This document shows positions 35,087 through 46,028 of a stretch of DNA of 64,000 bases, in pieces. The DNA is from a virus, in the IMG/VR virus record IMGVR_UViG_3300043409_001462, positions 1-64,000 of that record. The stretch is one strand, 5' to 3'. A program made the translations under genes and the position numbers. Each line of letters opens with the position of its first letter. Position 1 is the stretch's first letter. The notes beneath the pieces were generated by a model. That model was not told the DNA's origin. It saw only the letters and a list, made by a program, of their open reading frames with translations, and did no database searches.

Positions 35087-37579
35087 ATGAAACCTATTGC
35101 ACAAACTTTTTATGTAAACGAACCAGAAAATGGTGTAGCTGGTGTTCATTTAACTAGCATCGAATTATTTTTTAAATCGAAAAGCCCAACTTTTGGCGTA
35201 CAAGTACAAATACGTACAACTGATAATGGTAATCCTACAAAAAATGCATTACCATTTGCCGACGTCCAATTACCTTCTTCTTCGGTAAACATAAGCGATG
35301 ATGCTAGTGTTTCTACTAAATTTATATTTAGATGTCCTATTTTTTTACAAGCAGCTACTTCGTATGCTATTGTAATTATACCACTTGGAAGCAATCCAGA
35401 TTATCAAATTTGGACTGCAGAATTAGCGCCTGGAACTGTCGATGTAACAACAAATACACCAATTAAAACAAATAATGACACTGGTACGCTGTTTCTTTCA
35501 TCAAATGATATTCAATTTACGTCAATACAAACAGAAGACATTAAGTTTGTATTGTATATTGCTGATTTTAAATCTACTTCAGGTCGTGCAGTATTTCATT
35601 CTGCAAATTCTGATTATGCTATTCTTAAAGAAAAAATTGGTAATTATATTCCTAGAGAAAAATTAGTTATTTCAAATAACTCTTATGATTTAGCTAGATT
35701 AACTGTGACTTCTAATACTGCTGCATTTATAAATGGAGAAGTTATTTTCCAAACTAATAGCACATCTGCTAATATTGCAACGGGTGTAGTGCATTCAGCT
35801 AACACAACTTCAATTAAAATTACTAACAGTGTCGGAACTTGGGTTACCAATCGTCAAGTTAAAGGATTATCTTCTAGTGCTAATGCTGTTATTTCAGCAG
35901 CATTTCAAAATGTAATAACAACCGAAGGTTCAAATAATATTACTGTTCCATTCAGTAACATTTTCTCTGCTGGACAAATGATTTATGTAGGTAATAATAA
36001 TAGATTAATAATGCAACCAGCTTTCGTAAATTCTGTTATCGATGTTGCAACTATAAAATTAAATAGTAACATAGTATTTTCAGAATCAGCTAGTTTATTT
36101 GGAAGAATTAGAGGTGATGGAAATCTTTATGCAGGGGCGCAAAGTGTATCTGATAATGATACTAATGATCGTTTTACTATTATTTTAGACAATATATCTG
36201 GTAATACTACAATGAATTTCGCTGATGCAAAAAATCAGTATTTAATTGGTACATCATCTGGAACTTCCGCTAGAGTTATTACAGTATATGATTCTGAATA
36301 TAATGCTATCGTTCCTCAATTCGCAGAGTCAATTCCAAACGATACTAATATTAATTGGTCTTTCAGTGGTGTAGCTGCTGATAATAGTAGAACTGTCGAT
36401 GCTTTTGAAACACCTTTGATAAACAATGTAGAAAAAGAATTGTATGATACTCCTAGAACATTGATGTCTAGAAGTAACGAATTAGCCAAGCTTTCTGGAA
36501 ATAGAAAAGGTAGTTTTTCTTCATCAGTATACGCTGATTTATTTACAGGCAATAATATGATTTCGCCAGTTATCGATGTTGGCGCTAAAGCAATGGTAAC
36601 TACTATTTCTAATGCTATTGTACCAGAAGAAAAATTAACTGGTTATCGTTTATTAATTGAAAATAATCCATTTAGTGTTGGTGATATCGTTAAACAACAA
36701 AATGCAAATTCTGTATTCAGTGGGGGAATCCCATACGTATATGGTGAAGGTAGAGTATTTAAAGCGGATGATACTCAAGTTCTTGTAACAAATGTTAATG
36801 GTTATTTTCAGAGCGCAAATAGTATTATGCTTTCTTCTGACACTAATACTAACGCTTTTGTTACAGATTCGAACTGGTTTAGAGAATCAGGCAATTTTAA
36901 TATTAGATATTCTTCTCGTTATATTTCTAAAAGCGTTATTCTTGCAGAAGGACAAGATGCAGAAGATATTAAAGTTTATCTTACTGCTTATCGTCCAGCT
37001 GGAACTGATTTCTTAGTTTATGGTAAATTTCAAAATGGAGAAGATCCAGATCCATTCAAGAATAAGAACTGGACGTTACTCAATCAAATATCTTCACCTT
37101 CATTACTAAGTAGTTTTGTAAATACTAACGATTTCGTAGAAATTGAATATGGTTTACCGAAGAGTTATCGCATAGCAAGAGATTCTTCGAATTGTAATAT
37201 CAACGATGAAACTATGAGAGTTAACGCTATAGCAGTTCAAAAAATTGATGTTGGTAGTTTTGTATATGTTGCAGATACTGCTTCTGATAAATTCTTCGTT
37301 GGAAAAGTTCGTAAAATCGTTAATACTAACTTAATTATGCTTACTGATTATCCTCCATTTTCTATTGCTAACGGTGAATTTGGAGTTATCAGAAACTTAG
37401 AAACAACTGCAGGAGCTTTTGTTTATACTGCGAATAATAACGTTATAAGATATGTTTCAGCTGATAAGGTTGTGTATGATACTTACAAAACTTTCGCTAT
37501 AAAAATTGTACCTATTTCTTCTTCAACAGCGATTGTTCCTAGAGCAAGAGATTTGAGAGCTATCGCGCTGCAGGTGTAA
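35087..37579 (+). CDS. virion structural protein (VrlC-like C-terminal part)
   Basis: Starts PIAQTFYV...LTSIELFFKSK; ends FAIKIV...VPRARDLRAIAL. Confidence 0.75.
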   Translation: MKPIAQTFYVNEPENGVAGVHLTSIELFFKSKSPTFGVQVQIRTTDNGNPTKNALPFADVQLPSSSVNISDDASVSTKFIFRCPIFLQAATSYAIVIIPLGSNPDYQIWTAELAPGTVDVTTNTPIKTNNDTGTLFLSSNDIQFTSIQTEDIKFVLYIADFKSTSGRAVFHSANSDYAILKEKIGNYIPREKLVISNNSYDLARLTVTSNTAAFINGEVIFQTNSTSANIATGVVHSANTTSIKITNSVGTWVTNRQVKGLSSSANAVISAAFQNVITTEGSNNITVPFSNIFSAGQMIYVGNNNRLIMQPAFVNSVIDVATIKLNSNIVFSESASLFGRIRGDGNLYAGAQSVSDNDTNDRFTIILDNISGNTTMNFADAKNQYLIGTSSGTSARVITVYDSEYNAIVPQFAESIPNDTNINWSFSGVAADNSRTVDAFETPLINNVEKELYDTPRTLMSRSNELAKLSGNRKGSFSSSVYADLFTGNNMISPVIDVGAKAMVTTISNAIVPEEKLTGYRLLIENNPFSVGDIVKQQNANSVFSGGIPYVYGEGRVFKADDTQVLVTNVNGYFQSANSIMLSSDTNTNAFVTDSNWFRESGNFNIRYSSRYISKSVILAEGQDAEDIKVYLTAYRPAGTDFLVYGKFQNGEDPDPFKNKNWTLLNQISSPSLLSSFVNTNDFVEIEYGLPKSYRIARDSSNCNINDETMRVNAIAVQKIDVGSFVYVADTASDKFFVGKVRKIVNTNLIMLTDYPPFSIANGEFGVIRNLETTAGAFVYTANNNVIRYVSADKVVYDTYKTFAIKIVPISSSTAIVPRARDLRAIALQV

Positions 37580-37583
37580 GAAA

Positions 37584-37799
37584 ATGGTTGAGTATATCAA
37601 AGTTCAAGATCATAAAAATTTACTGAGACAAAAAAACAGTAAAGGTATAATAAATTGCGACTTGGACGAACTTAATAAATACAAATTAGAACGTGAGTAT
37701 AAAACAAAAATAGCTAGGGTTGTTAAAGAGCATGACGAAATGAAAAACGACCTAAACGAGATTAAAGAAATGTTAAAAACTCTGTTAGGAAAAAGATAA
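37584..37799 (+). CDS. small coiled-coil hypothetical protein
   Basis: Ends KNDLNEIKEMLKTLL. Confidence 0.7.
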   Translation: MVEYIKVQDHKNLLRQKNSKGIINCDLDELNKYKLEREYKTKIARVVKEHDEMKNDLNEIKEMLKTLLGKR

Positions 37800-37802
37800 T
37801 AA

Positions 37803-40800
37803 ATGGCCATTCAAATTTCGCAAATTGCAATTTCTCAATCTTTTGGTGTCGTTATTCAAAGAATAAACGACATGGCAGATTCTTTTACCGCTAACGTTGT
37901 TACGACTGGAGCATTAGCTGGTGGTGCTTACACTACTGGCAATGCATATGTCAATGGTATGTTCGGTTCAAATGTGCTCTATACAACTACTCTTGCTGGT
38001 GGTAATATTTCTACCAATACAGCGTTATTGATTGCATCAAATACATATGTAAACAACTATCTCAGTGTTGGTAATACTACTATCAATGCAGCTTTTGGAT
38101 ATGTAACAGCAACTCAGTCTATTGCTTCTTTTTACGCAAGTACCAATTCATATATTCAAACAACTACTACTAACGTAAACACAGGACCATCTGCTTCTGC
38201 GGATTGGACTGCGTATAATGACATAGAAAATGGATCTGTATTCATTGATATGGGTGTTTTGAGTAGTACTTGGTCTAATACACAATGGACTATCGGCGGA
38301 GCAAACGACGGTTATCTTTATACTGGTGGTGGAAATCTTTCTGTTGGTACTAACTCTGAAAACAAGTATATTAATTTCTTTACTGGTGGTGGATTTACCG
38401 AAAACGAAAGAATGAGAATTACTGGCAGTGGTAATGTTGGTATCAAAAATACTAATCCAGACGCTACTCTTGCTGTTACAGGTACAGCTAACGTTTCTGC
38501 TAACGTTAGAATCGGCGGTTATACTACTGTCGCTAACAGCTTCAGCGTCAGCACGATAGATTCAAATTTAACTCCTAACACAAACAATACTCGAAGCTTA
38601 GGCAACTCAACTAATCGTTGGGCTTCGCTTTATGTTTCTGGTTCTACAATATACCTAGGAACAGTATCGCTTTTTGATAGTTCTGGTAGCCTTCAAACTT
38701 CTGGCGGGGCTGTCGTTAATGGAGCTCTATCAGTAAACAGTTCTATTACTGGAGCAAATACTATTTCTGTAACAGGCAATGCTACTTTTAGTAATACAAT
38801 AATTGTGACAGGTAATTCTACATTTGGTAATACAATCGCTGTTACTGGTAATGCTACTTTTAGTAATTCTGTAGCGGTTACTGGAGCTGTCGCTCTTGCT
38901 AATACAATTACTGTTACTGGAGCTACTACACTTTCGAATACTATCGCAGTTACTGGTGCTACTACTTTAAGTAATACTATCACTGTAACAGGCGCTGCTA
39001 CATTCAGTAATTCTTCCGCTTACACTGGTCCAGCTTCTTTCAGTAATACTATCACAGCTGTAGGAAATGTTACTTTCGGTAATACTTTCTTTGTAAATGG
39101 AGCTGTTACAGTTAATAGTTCTATGAATGTAGTAAGTAATGTACAGTTTGCAAATACTCTTTCGGTTACAGGTAATGTTTCCTTTGCTAATTTAATTATT
39201 GTTACTGGTGCAGCAACTCTATCTAATACTATATCCGTTACTGGCGCTGCTACTCTAAGCAATAGTATAGCTATCACAGGCGCTGCTACACTTTCAAATA
39301 CTATCTCTGTAACTGGAGCAGCAACGTTCAGTAATTCTTCAGCTCATACTGGAGCTGCTACATTCGGTAACACAGTAGCAATTGAAGGAGCGGTAACAGT
39401 AAACAATAGTATTACTGCAAATAGTTCTCTTTCAGTTAATGGCGCTGTGATTGTTTCTAATAATAATTTAAGTATCGCAACAAGTAGCGGTTCTTCTATT
39501 AGCGTAGGAGATGGCGCTGTTAATACTGTAATTAATTCTTCTTCTATTACAGTAACAAACATAGTTGGAACTAACATCGCTGGTTTGATTACTACTATCA
39601 GTCAACCAAGAATTACTGCAAACAATGCATTGTTCTTGAATGGTAATAGTGCAGCAACTCTAAGATCTTATACTGATACAGCTTATACTAATGCTACTTC
39701 ATATGCTGATACAGCAGCTGCTACTGCATATGCTAATTCTCTTGTATACGCTGCATCTGCTTCTCAATCATCTTATCTTAATGCACAATCAGATCTCCAG
39801 GCTGCTGTTGCTGCTTTAAACGCAGGTATTACTTCTGGTTCTTCAAACGCCCATAATTTAATTACTGGTACAGTGCCTTCAGGAAGACTTACTGGTTCTT
39901 ATACTGGTGTTACAGCTGTTGGTACGCTACCAACATTATCTGCTAATGTTATTACTTCAAACAGTATAAATGTCGCAAACTCAGTTAGTATCGGTAACAG
40001 TGTTATTGTGACAGGTAATGCAAACGTTGGAGGAGACCTTCGCGTAATAGGTAACATGTTTATTAGTGGCACTCTTGCTGCTTCTCAATCAGCTGCTGGT
40101 GATATTATCCCAACAAGTAATGGTGTTAACCTTGGTAGCGTTACGAAAAGATTTAACGTATATGCTATGACTGGTAATTTCGCTGAACCAGTAACAGTTT
40201 CTAATAGTGTTACATTTGGTAATACTTACCCAGAATCAAATGGGCGTTTGTTCGGTAATAATACATTACGTTGGACTATTTCTGCTAATACTATCGATTG
40301 CGGTAATGGTACATTTACAAATGCTTCTTTCGCTAACGTTACTGTATCATCAAATTCATCACTAAACGTCGCTACAGTAAATACAGTATTCATTACTGGT
40401 GTTAGCTCTCATACTGGTAACAGTTCTTTCGCTTCAAATACTTCATTCGATGCAAATGCTACTTTCTCTGGTGTTGTTTCTGTAAGTAATAACGTTACTA
40501 TAACAGGTAATACTAGCGTTTCAAATTTCTTATCCGTGAATGGAATTTCTTACGGATATTCTACGAAATATAATGTAACAACGACAGCTCTGCAAACTGC
40601 AGATAATTTCAGTGCTACATCATATAGATCCGCTGAATATATCGTTCAAATGACTGATTCAACTAACTATCAGGTAAGTAAACTACTAGTTCTTCATGAC
40701 GGAACTACAGCTTACGTAACTGAATATGCTCAGTTGTATAATAATAGTCTTTTAGGTACATTCAGCGCTGATATTAACAGCGGTAACGTCAGACTGCGTG

Positions 40801-40859
40801 TAACCCCAACAACAGGTACAGTTGTTGTTACATTAACTAGAACTAGTTTGGTGGTATAA
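37803..40859 (+). CDS. tail fibre-like protein with 12-aa beta repeats
   Basis: Tandem (TGAATLSNTIxV)n; ERMRITGSGNVGI; C-terminal YRSAEY...HDGT...TEY domain. Confidence 0.75.
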   Translation: MAIQISQIAISQSFGVVIQRINDMADSFTANVVTTGALAGGAYTTGNAYVNGMFGSNVLYTTTLAGGNISTNTALLIASNTYVNNYLSVGNTTINAAFGYVTATQSIASFYASTNSYIQTTTTNVNTGPSASADWTAYNDIENGSVFIDMGVLSSTWSNTQWTIGGANDGYLYTGGGNLSVGTNSENKYINFFTGGGFTENERMRITGSGNVGIKNTNPDATLAVTGTANVSANVRIGGYTTVANSFSVSTIDSNLTPNTNNTRSLGNSTNRWASLYVSGSTIYLGTVSLFDSSGSLQTSGGAVVNGALSVNSSITGANTISVTGNATFSNTIIVTGNSTFGNTIAVTGNATFSNSVAVTGAVALANTITVTGATTLSNTIAVTGATTLSNTITVTGAATFSNSSAYTGPASFSNTITAVGNVTFGNTFFVNGAVTVNSSMNVVSNVQFANTLSVTGNVSFANLIIVTGAATLSNTISVTGAATLSNSIAITGAATLSNTISVTGAATFSNSSAHTGAATFGNTVAIEGAVTVNNSITANSSLSVNGAVIVSNNNLSIATSSGSSISVGDGAVNTVINSSSITVTNIVGTNIAGLITTISQPRITANNALFLNGNSAATLRSYTDTAYTNATSYADTAAATAYANSLVYAASASQSSYLNAQSDLQAAVAALNAGITSGSSNAHNLITGTVPSGRLTGSYTGVTAVGTLPTLSANVITSNSINVANSVSIGNSVIVTGNANVGGDLRVIGNMFISGTLAASQSAAGDIIPTSNGVNLGSVTKRFNVYAMTGNFAEPVTVSNSVTFGNTYPESNGRLFGNNTLRWTISANTIDCGNGTFTNASFANVTVSSNSSLNVATVNTVFITGVSSHTGNSSFASNTSFDANATFSGVVSVSNNVTITGNTSVSNFLSVNGISYGYSTKYNVTTTALQTADNFSATSYRSAEYIVQMTDSTNYQVSKLLVLHDGTTAYVTEYAQLYNNSLLGTFSADINSGNVRLRVTPTTGTVVVTLTRTSLVV

Positions 40860-40860
40860 A

Positions 40861-41190
40861 ATGGCATCAAAAGCTAACTTAGTAATAGATCAAGGCGCTA
40901 CATTTTCTACTGATTTGTATTTGACAGATACAGATGGTGCACCATTATTATTGAATGGTTATACAGCAGATTCTCAGATGAGAAAATGGTATACTTCTTC
41001 TAATTCTTCGGCTGTTTTTACGACCTTTGTTAATGTAGAATCTTCGTTTATAACTCTAAGCTTGGCGGCTAATTCGACAGGCGCTTTGACTGCTGGTAGA
41101 TATGTTTATGATGTAGAAATATCTGATGGTAATACTGTGTCGAGAGTTGTGGAAGGAATTGTTACAGTAACACCTCAAGTAACGAGATAA
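40861..41190 (+). CDS. small virion protein (BppU-like Ig domain)
   Basis: ANLVIDQGATF...GRYVYDVEI...RVVEGIVTVTP. Confidence 0.7.
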   Translation: MASKANLVIDQGATFSTDLYLTDTDGAPLLLNGYTADSQMRKWYTSSNSSAVFTTFVNVESSFITLSLAANSTGALTAGRYVYDVEISDGNTVSRVVEGIVTVTPQVTR

Positions 41191-41193
41191 CAA

Positions 41194-41535
41194 ATGGTTA
41201 ACGTAGCAGTACTAAACAAAATTCAAAGTATTAGAGTAAACACTAGTATTGATAAAATGAAATCTACTAATGTAGTAGTTGCAAATAAAAGAAACGTTCA
41301 AGTTTCTGCAAATGCTACAATGGGCGTAATAGATTCTACTACTCCTGTAACCATAATAAATACTCCTACGTTAATTTCTATGGGTGCTACAAGATTAAGC
41401 CAGCTCGAAGATGTTAACACAAGTAACAAAGTACAAGGTGCTACACTTGTTTACGAATCTGGTAATAATACTTACGTTGTGACACAGCTTGATATGCAAT
41501 ATATTACAGGAGGATTACAGGGAGGTACTTTTTAG
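41194..41535 (+). CDS. fibre adaptor-like hypothetical protein
   Basis: LSQLEDV motif; C-terminal LQGGTF. Confidence 0.65.
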   Translation: MVNVAVLNKIQSIRVNTSIDKMKSTNVVVANKRNVQVSANATMGVIDSTTPVTIINTPTLISMGATRLSQLEDVNTSNKVQGATLVYESGNNTYVVTQLDMQYITGGLQGGTF

Positions 41536-41536
41536 A

Positions 41537-41544
41537 TATAAATA
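41537..41544 (+). promoter_or_regulatory. T4 late promoter
   Basis: Intergenic TATAAATA. Related NATAAATA boxes lie at or near gene junctions 8328, 23136, 27045, 35053, 43373, 50183, 54893 and 61420. Confidence 0.75.
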
Positions 41545-41565
41545 TTAGAAAAAGAGCTTTAAAAT

Positions 41566-42318
41566 ATGGCTTATAGACCAATTCAAATAAAGTATTCGGT
41601 ATCGAATGCGGTTGTACCTACCTTAATTCCTGGCGAACTTGCGTTCACACAAGCTGGGAATAATTTTTTTATTGGTGCACCTGATGGCGTTTCGGGTAAT
41701 ATACGTATTGGACATAAGTTTCATGATGGTGTGCTTACCGCCAACGAAGCTTTAGTTGCCAACTCTTCTGGTGGTATAGATAGATTATACGCCGCAGCTG
41801 GTGATATTTACTCTATTAATTCTTATTCTATTACTACTAATAGTCTTTCAACTGGAAGTCTTTCAGTAACTCAATTAAACAGTTCGAATATAAGCATTAC
41901 AACCATGTTGGCCAACAGTTCTTCTGGCGAACCTGGATATGTTCTTACTTCTGCTGGCGTTAATGGAAATGTATACTGGAAGCAAATAACCGAAGGAAGT
42001 GCGACGTCTAATACTTATTACGTAACCAGTAATATGTATGATTTTAGAGCGTATAACATGGGGTTTATGAATATAGCACCAAATCAAAATGCCGAAACTC
42101 TTGGATTTAGAACTGAAATAACAATACCATATGGTTCTATTTGGCTTCTTGCTAAAAACACAACAGACCAGCCACCTGTTTCAATATCTTCTCCTGGTAC
42201 TACTATAACACCGATGATGTGGATTTCAGTCGATAAAAGTGGAACTTATGATCCTGATACTAATCCAAACGGTAAAGATTATTGGTTTAACATAACACCA
42301 CCACCGTCGGGAGCATAG
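41566..42318 (+). CDS. tail fibre-associated protein
   Basis: N-terminal IQIKYS...LIPGELAF; GYVLTS...VYW motif. Confidence 0.7.
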   Translation: MAYRPIQIKYSVSNAVVPTLIPGELAFTQAGNNFFIGAPDGVSGNIRIGHKFHDGVLTANEALVANSSGGIDRLYAAAGDIYSINSYSITTNSLSTGSLSVTQLNSSNISITTMLANSSSGEPGYVLTSAGVNGNVYWKQITEGSATSNTYYVTSNMYDFRAYNMGFMNIAPNQNAETLGFRTEITIPYGSIWLLAKNTTDQPPVSISSPGTTITPMMWISVDKSGTYDPDTNPNGKDYWFNITPPPSGA

Positions 42319-42319
42319 A

Positions 42320-43369
42320 ATGGCATTACCCACACGTGGTACGTTAGGACAAATAGTTGTTAACAATGGTTACAACTATCAATGGACTGGTGTAGGCTGG
42401 AACAATATTGGTATAGCCACTATTACTGTTGGTGCGACCACAATCAATTCTACATCTTTATCAACTGGTACCACTACAGTAAACTCTACTGGAGTATCAG
42501 CTGGTACAACATCATTAACAACTACTGGTATTACAGCTGGTACTACTACAGTAAACTCTACTGGAGTTGCTGCAGGTACTACTACCTTAACGAGTTCAGG
42601 AGTAACAGCTGGATGTACTTCTATTACATCTACTGGTATTACAGCTACATCCGTAGTTTCAAATTCTGTATCTGTTGGCGCGACCACAATTAATTCTACT
42701 GGAGTTGCAGTAGGTTGTACTTCTATTTCCACGGTTGGTGTTTCAATAGGTTGTACTTCAATCACAACAACTGGTATTGTAGCAACTTCGTTAACAACTG
42801 GTACTACTACTATCAATTCTACTGGAGTTGCAGTAGGTTGTACTTCTATTACATCTGTCGGTATATCTGCAGGAGATACAGTTTTAACAACTGGTGGTAT
42901 GAGTTTTGGTACAGGTGCAAACAGTAGCGTAGTAAACTCTACTGTTGTTTCTGTTGGTACTACAGAAATACGTAACGATAGAATTACAGCTGGTAGTATC
43001 GTAATCGGTCAATCTAATAATATCGTTCTTGGTAATAGTACTGTTAACAGTGTTATTTCATCTACATTCATATCTGTTGGTGATGGTGTAATCAACTCTT
43101 CGTTCTTCACAGCAACGTCTAACAATGCGAATAACTTAGGTGGCGTTTCGTCTGATTACTACATAAACACTTATGGTAATTACGTAATAAGTGGAGTTCA
43201 TACATATAATGCTAATGTCGCAATAAATAGTCGTATTATAATTGGAGGTAGTGCAGGTAACACGTGGGATTTACTTACATCTAATGGTGTATCTAATAGC
43301 GTGTTTTGGGCTAATATTGCAACAGTAATTACTTCAACAGGCGCTAGTTTGGACGGTGGGGATTTCTAA
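42320..43369 (+). CDS. Thr/Gly-rich repeat fibre protein
   Basis: About 11-aa repeats TT(I/V)NSTGVxxG / CTSITxxG; C-terminal LDGGDF. Confidence 0.7.
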   Translation: MALPTRGTLGQIVVNNGYNYQWTGVGWNNIGIATITVGATTINSTSLSTGTTTVNSTGVSAGTTSLTTTGITAGTTTVNSTGVAAGTTTLTSSGVTAGCTSITSTGITATSVVSNSVSVGATTINSTGVAVGCTSISTVGVSIGCTSITTTGIVATSLTTGTTTINSTGVAVGCTSITSVGISAGDTVLTTGGMSFGTGANSSVVNSTVVSVGTTEIRNDRITAGSIVIGQSNNIVLGNSTVNSVISSTFISVGDGVINSSFFTATSNNANNLGGVSSDYYINTYGNYVISGVHTYNANVAINSRIIIGGSAGNTWDLLTSNGVSNSVFWANIATVITSTGASLDGGDF

Positions 43370-43399
43370 TTAAATAAATAATAAAAAAAGGATTCCGTA

Positions 43400-45652
43400 A
43401 TGGCACGCAATACAATTCAAGTTAGACGTTCGGCGACAAATAGCATCACTAGCCTTCTTAGTGGTGGTTCGCTTGCGGCTGGTGAATTAGCATATACCAG
43501 TAATGGTGTTTTACTTTACATCGGTGATGCGAATAGCGTAGGTACACCTATCCGTATCGGCGGACAGATGAATCCTGGTGTTCTTACTGCTAATCAAGCT
43601 CTTGTTGCTAACTCTACACTTGGTATCGATAAAATTATAGTTGCAAATCTTGCAATTAGTAGAATTACTGCAAACGGCGAATTTGGAACTCCTGGTTATG
43701 TGTTGGCTACATCTGGTACGCTTGGTAATGCTTACTGGACTTCGTCTTCTGGTTTCGGTGTAGATCCTTTCGCTTCTTATGTTTGGACAAACACACATAC
43801 ATTTAGTAACTCAGTTACTTTTGAACAAACAATCATAGGTACATCATATAACTCTGCTAGACTTGGTGGTCTTGAGGCTGGTCAGTATGTTAATTCTACA
43901 TATCTAACTACCAATTTTCAATTAAGTGGTAGTGCGCTTTCTGATAATGTTGCTTCCCTTACAGCAAACAATGCTACTAATTTAGGTACGCAACCAGCTA
44001 CTTACTTTGCTGCTAATTCTGCTCTGAGTAATTACACAAATACTGCTAGTTTACCTGGATTTATGTCTACGAGAGCAGCTAACAGCGCCAGTTATCTTGG
44101 TGGTGAAGCAGCTACTTACTTTGCTGCTAATTCAGCTCTTGGTAATTATACAAATACTGCTAGTTTACCTGCATATATAGCTACAATATCTGCTAATAAT
44201 GCGAGTCATCTCGGCGGTCAGGTAGCGACTTACTTTGCTGCTAACTCTGCATTAGCAAACTATACAAATACTGCTAGTTTACCAGCATATATAGCTACAC
44301 AAACAGCATATAGCGCCGACAGACTTAATGGTCAGTTACCAACGTATTATACAACTAACTCAGCATTGTCTGGGTATGTTGCAACAATGACTGCAGGTAA
44401 TACTTCATTTGTCGGTGTAAGTCCAGCTTCTAGTATTGTTAATGCAACAACATTAACTGCAAATCTTAATAATTACGCTGCTCTTGCTGGTGCAAATTTT
44501 AGCGGTGTTGTTAATGCATACTCTTACAAAACTGGTACAGGATACGGTGGAGCTGGTGGCCCAACAACTACAGGCGCTATAGTTAATACAACTCATATCG
44601 CTATCGGTAACAGTAGTGTTAATGGTGCGATAACAGCTAACTCTACTAATGTATTTTTTACTGGTGTTGCATATAATGCTAACGTCGCTGCATATATCGG
44701 TACCGTAGCAGCTGCAGATGTTGCACCTCGTTCTGAAGTTGTAGCGTTAATTTATGATGCTTCTTATGGCGGTGCTACTCAATCATACGTTGATACAAAA
44801 GCTGCTCAAGCTTATACTAATGCGTTTAATTATGCGAGTATCAACCATAGCCTTGCTATAGCGAACTCTGTAACAGCATACACTAACGCTTTAGCTGTTA
44901 CGCTTACAAGAAATGCAACGTATACTGGTAATAATATATTCAATGGCACTATAGCAACATTTAATGCTAATATTGTTGCTTCTAATGCATCTTTTTGGAA
45001 TCTTAATGTTACTGGCAATTTAAATATTTCTGGTACACTAACTACTATCAATAGTACAGAACTTCAAATAAAAGACAACAGTATACTTCTATCTGATTCA
45101 CAAGCTAATTCGTCAACTTATACAGACGCTGTTGATATTATTGTATATGGTCAATTTGGTAATACTTCGAATACTTGGTATTCTGGTTTATATCGTGATT
45201 CTTCTGCTAGTCTAGGTCGAACTAATCCTAACTTAGGTGTTTGGAAATTATTTTCTGCAAAAAGTGGTACTGGTGATAATTCTATATCTAATTCTACTGT
45301 AGCTGCGATGACAGCTACTGAAGGAGATGTCAATTATAAACTAGGTATATTAACAGCTTACCTTGAACCATATGGCGAAACTGGCAGATTTGTTGCTAAT
45401 GCTACTTCTATTTCAATAACAGCTAACAGTACTGTTAATGTAAATATTTCTGCCAATTCATTAGTACTAAGTAGTCCGTTAGCAGCTGTAAGTGGTGGTA
45501 CTGGCATTAACACTTATAGCGTTGGTGATATGCTTTATGCTGCCAGTTCATCAACATTTACTAAAATATCTGTTGGTACTCCTGGTCAAATACTACAAAT
45601 ATCAGATCAAAACCTTCCACGTTATGCAGATTTGGATGGTGGCTCGTTTTAA
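43400..45652 (+). CDS. tail fibre protein
   Basis: N-terminal IQVRRS...GELAY; tandem ~39-aa ATYFAANSALxNYTNTASLP repeats; C-terminal LDGGSF. Confidence 0.75.
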   Translation: MARNTIQVRRSATNSITSLLSGGSLAAGELAYTSNGVLLYIGDANSVGTPIRIGGQMNPGVLTANQALVANSTLGIDKIIVANLAISRITANGEFGTPGYVLATSGTLGNAYWTSSSGFGVDPFASYVWTNTHTFSNSVTFEQTIIGTSYNSARLGGLEAGQYVNSTYLTTNFQLSGSALSDNVASLTANNATNLGTQPATYFAANSALSNYTNTASLPGFMSTRAANSASYLGGEAATYFAANSALGNYTNTASLPAYIATISANNASHLGGQVATYFAANSALANYTNTASLPAYIATQTAYSADRLNGQLPTYYTTNSALSGYVATMTAGNTSFVGVSPASSIVNATTLTANLNNYAALAGANFSGVVNAYSYKTGTGYGGAGGPTTTGAIVNTTHIAIGNSSVNGAITANSTNVFFTGVAYNANVAAYIGTVAAADVAPRSEVVALIYDASYGGATQSYVDTKAAQAYTNAFNYASINHSLAIANSVTAYTNALAVTLTRNATYTGNNIFNGTIATFNANIVASNASFWNLNVTGNLNISGTLTTINSTELQIKDNSILLSDSQANSSTYTDAVDIIVYGQFGNTSNTWYSGLYRDSSASLGRTNPNLGVWKLFSAKSGTGDNSISNSTVAAMTATEGDVNYKLGILTAYLEPYGETGRFVANATSISITANSTVNVNISANSLVLSSPLAAVSGGTGINTYSVGDMLYAASSSTFTKISVGTPGQILQISDQNLPRYADLDGGSF

Positions 45653-45668
45653 ATGATGGAGATATATT

Positions 45669-45995
45669 ATGAATGAAGAATTTATTAACACTTACATTGA
45701 AATGAACAACAAGAAAATTGAAGAACTAACTCGTTCTGAAATACTTCTTCAAACAAGGATAGTTATAGCCGAAAAGGCTGTTACTAAATTAAACGACGAG
45801 AAGAAAAGCTTTTCAGACGATTTTGAAAATTTCAAAGAAGTACAACTTAATGTTCAAAAAGAATACAGTGAGAAGAACAAAGAGTTGTTTAATGAAAATC
45901 AGGATTTAATTAATCAGAAAAAAATGTTATTGCAGGAAATTGAATCGTTGAAACAAGCAATCACTTTGGTTTCGGAGAATCAAAAAAAGAAGTAA
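45669..45995 (+). CDS. coiled-coil protein, possible fibre chaperone
   Basis: GGAGA RBS; charged heptad-rich sequence. Confidence 0.7.
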   Translation: MNEEFINTYIEMNNKKIEELTRSEILLQTRIVIAEKAVTKLNDEKKSFSDDFENFKEVQLNVQKEYSEKNKELFNENQDLINQKKMLLQEIESLKQAITLVSENQKKK

Positions 45996-46028
45996 TACCT
46001 CGGTATATACCGATTATGAGGATGCCAT

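Noticed and set aside
42379-42927. Alternative-frame W/Y/C-rich ORFs (also 57387..57659 and similar)
   Set aside because: By-products of repetitive ACT/GGT codons in the real frame; no RBS
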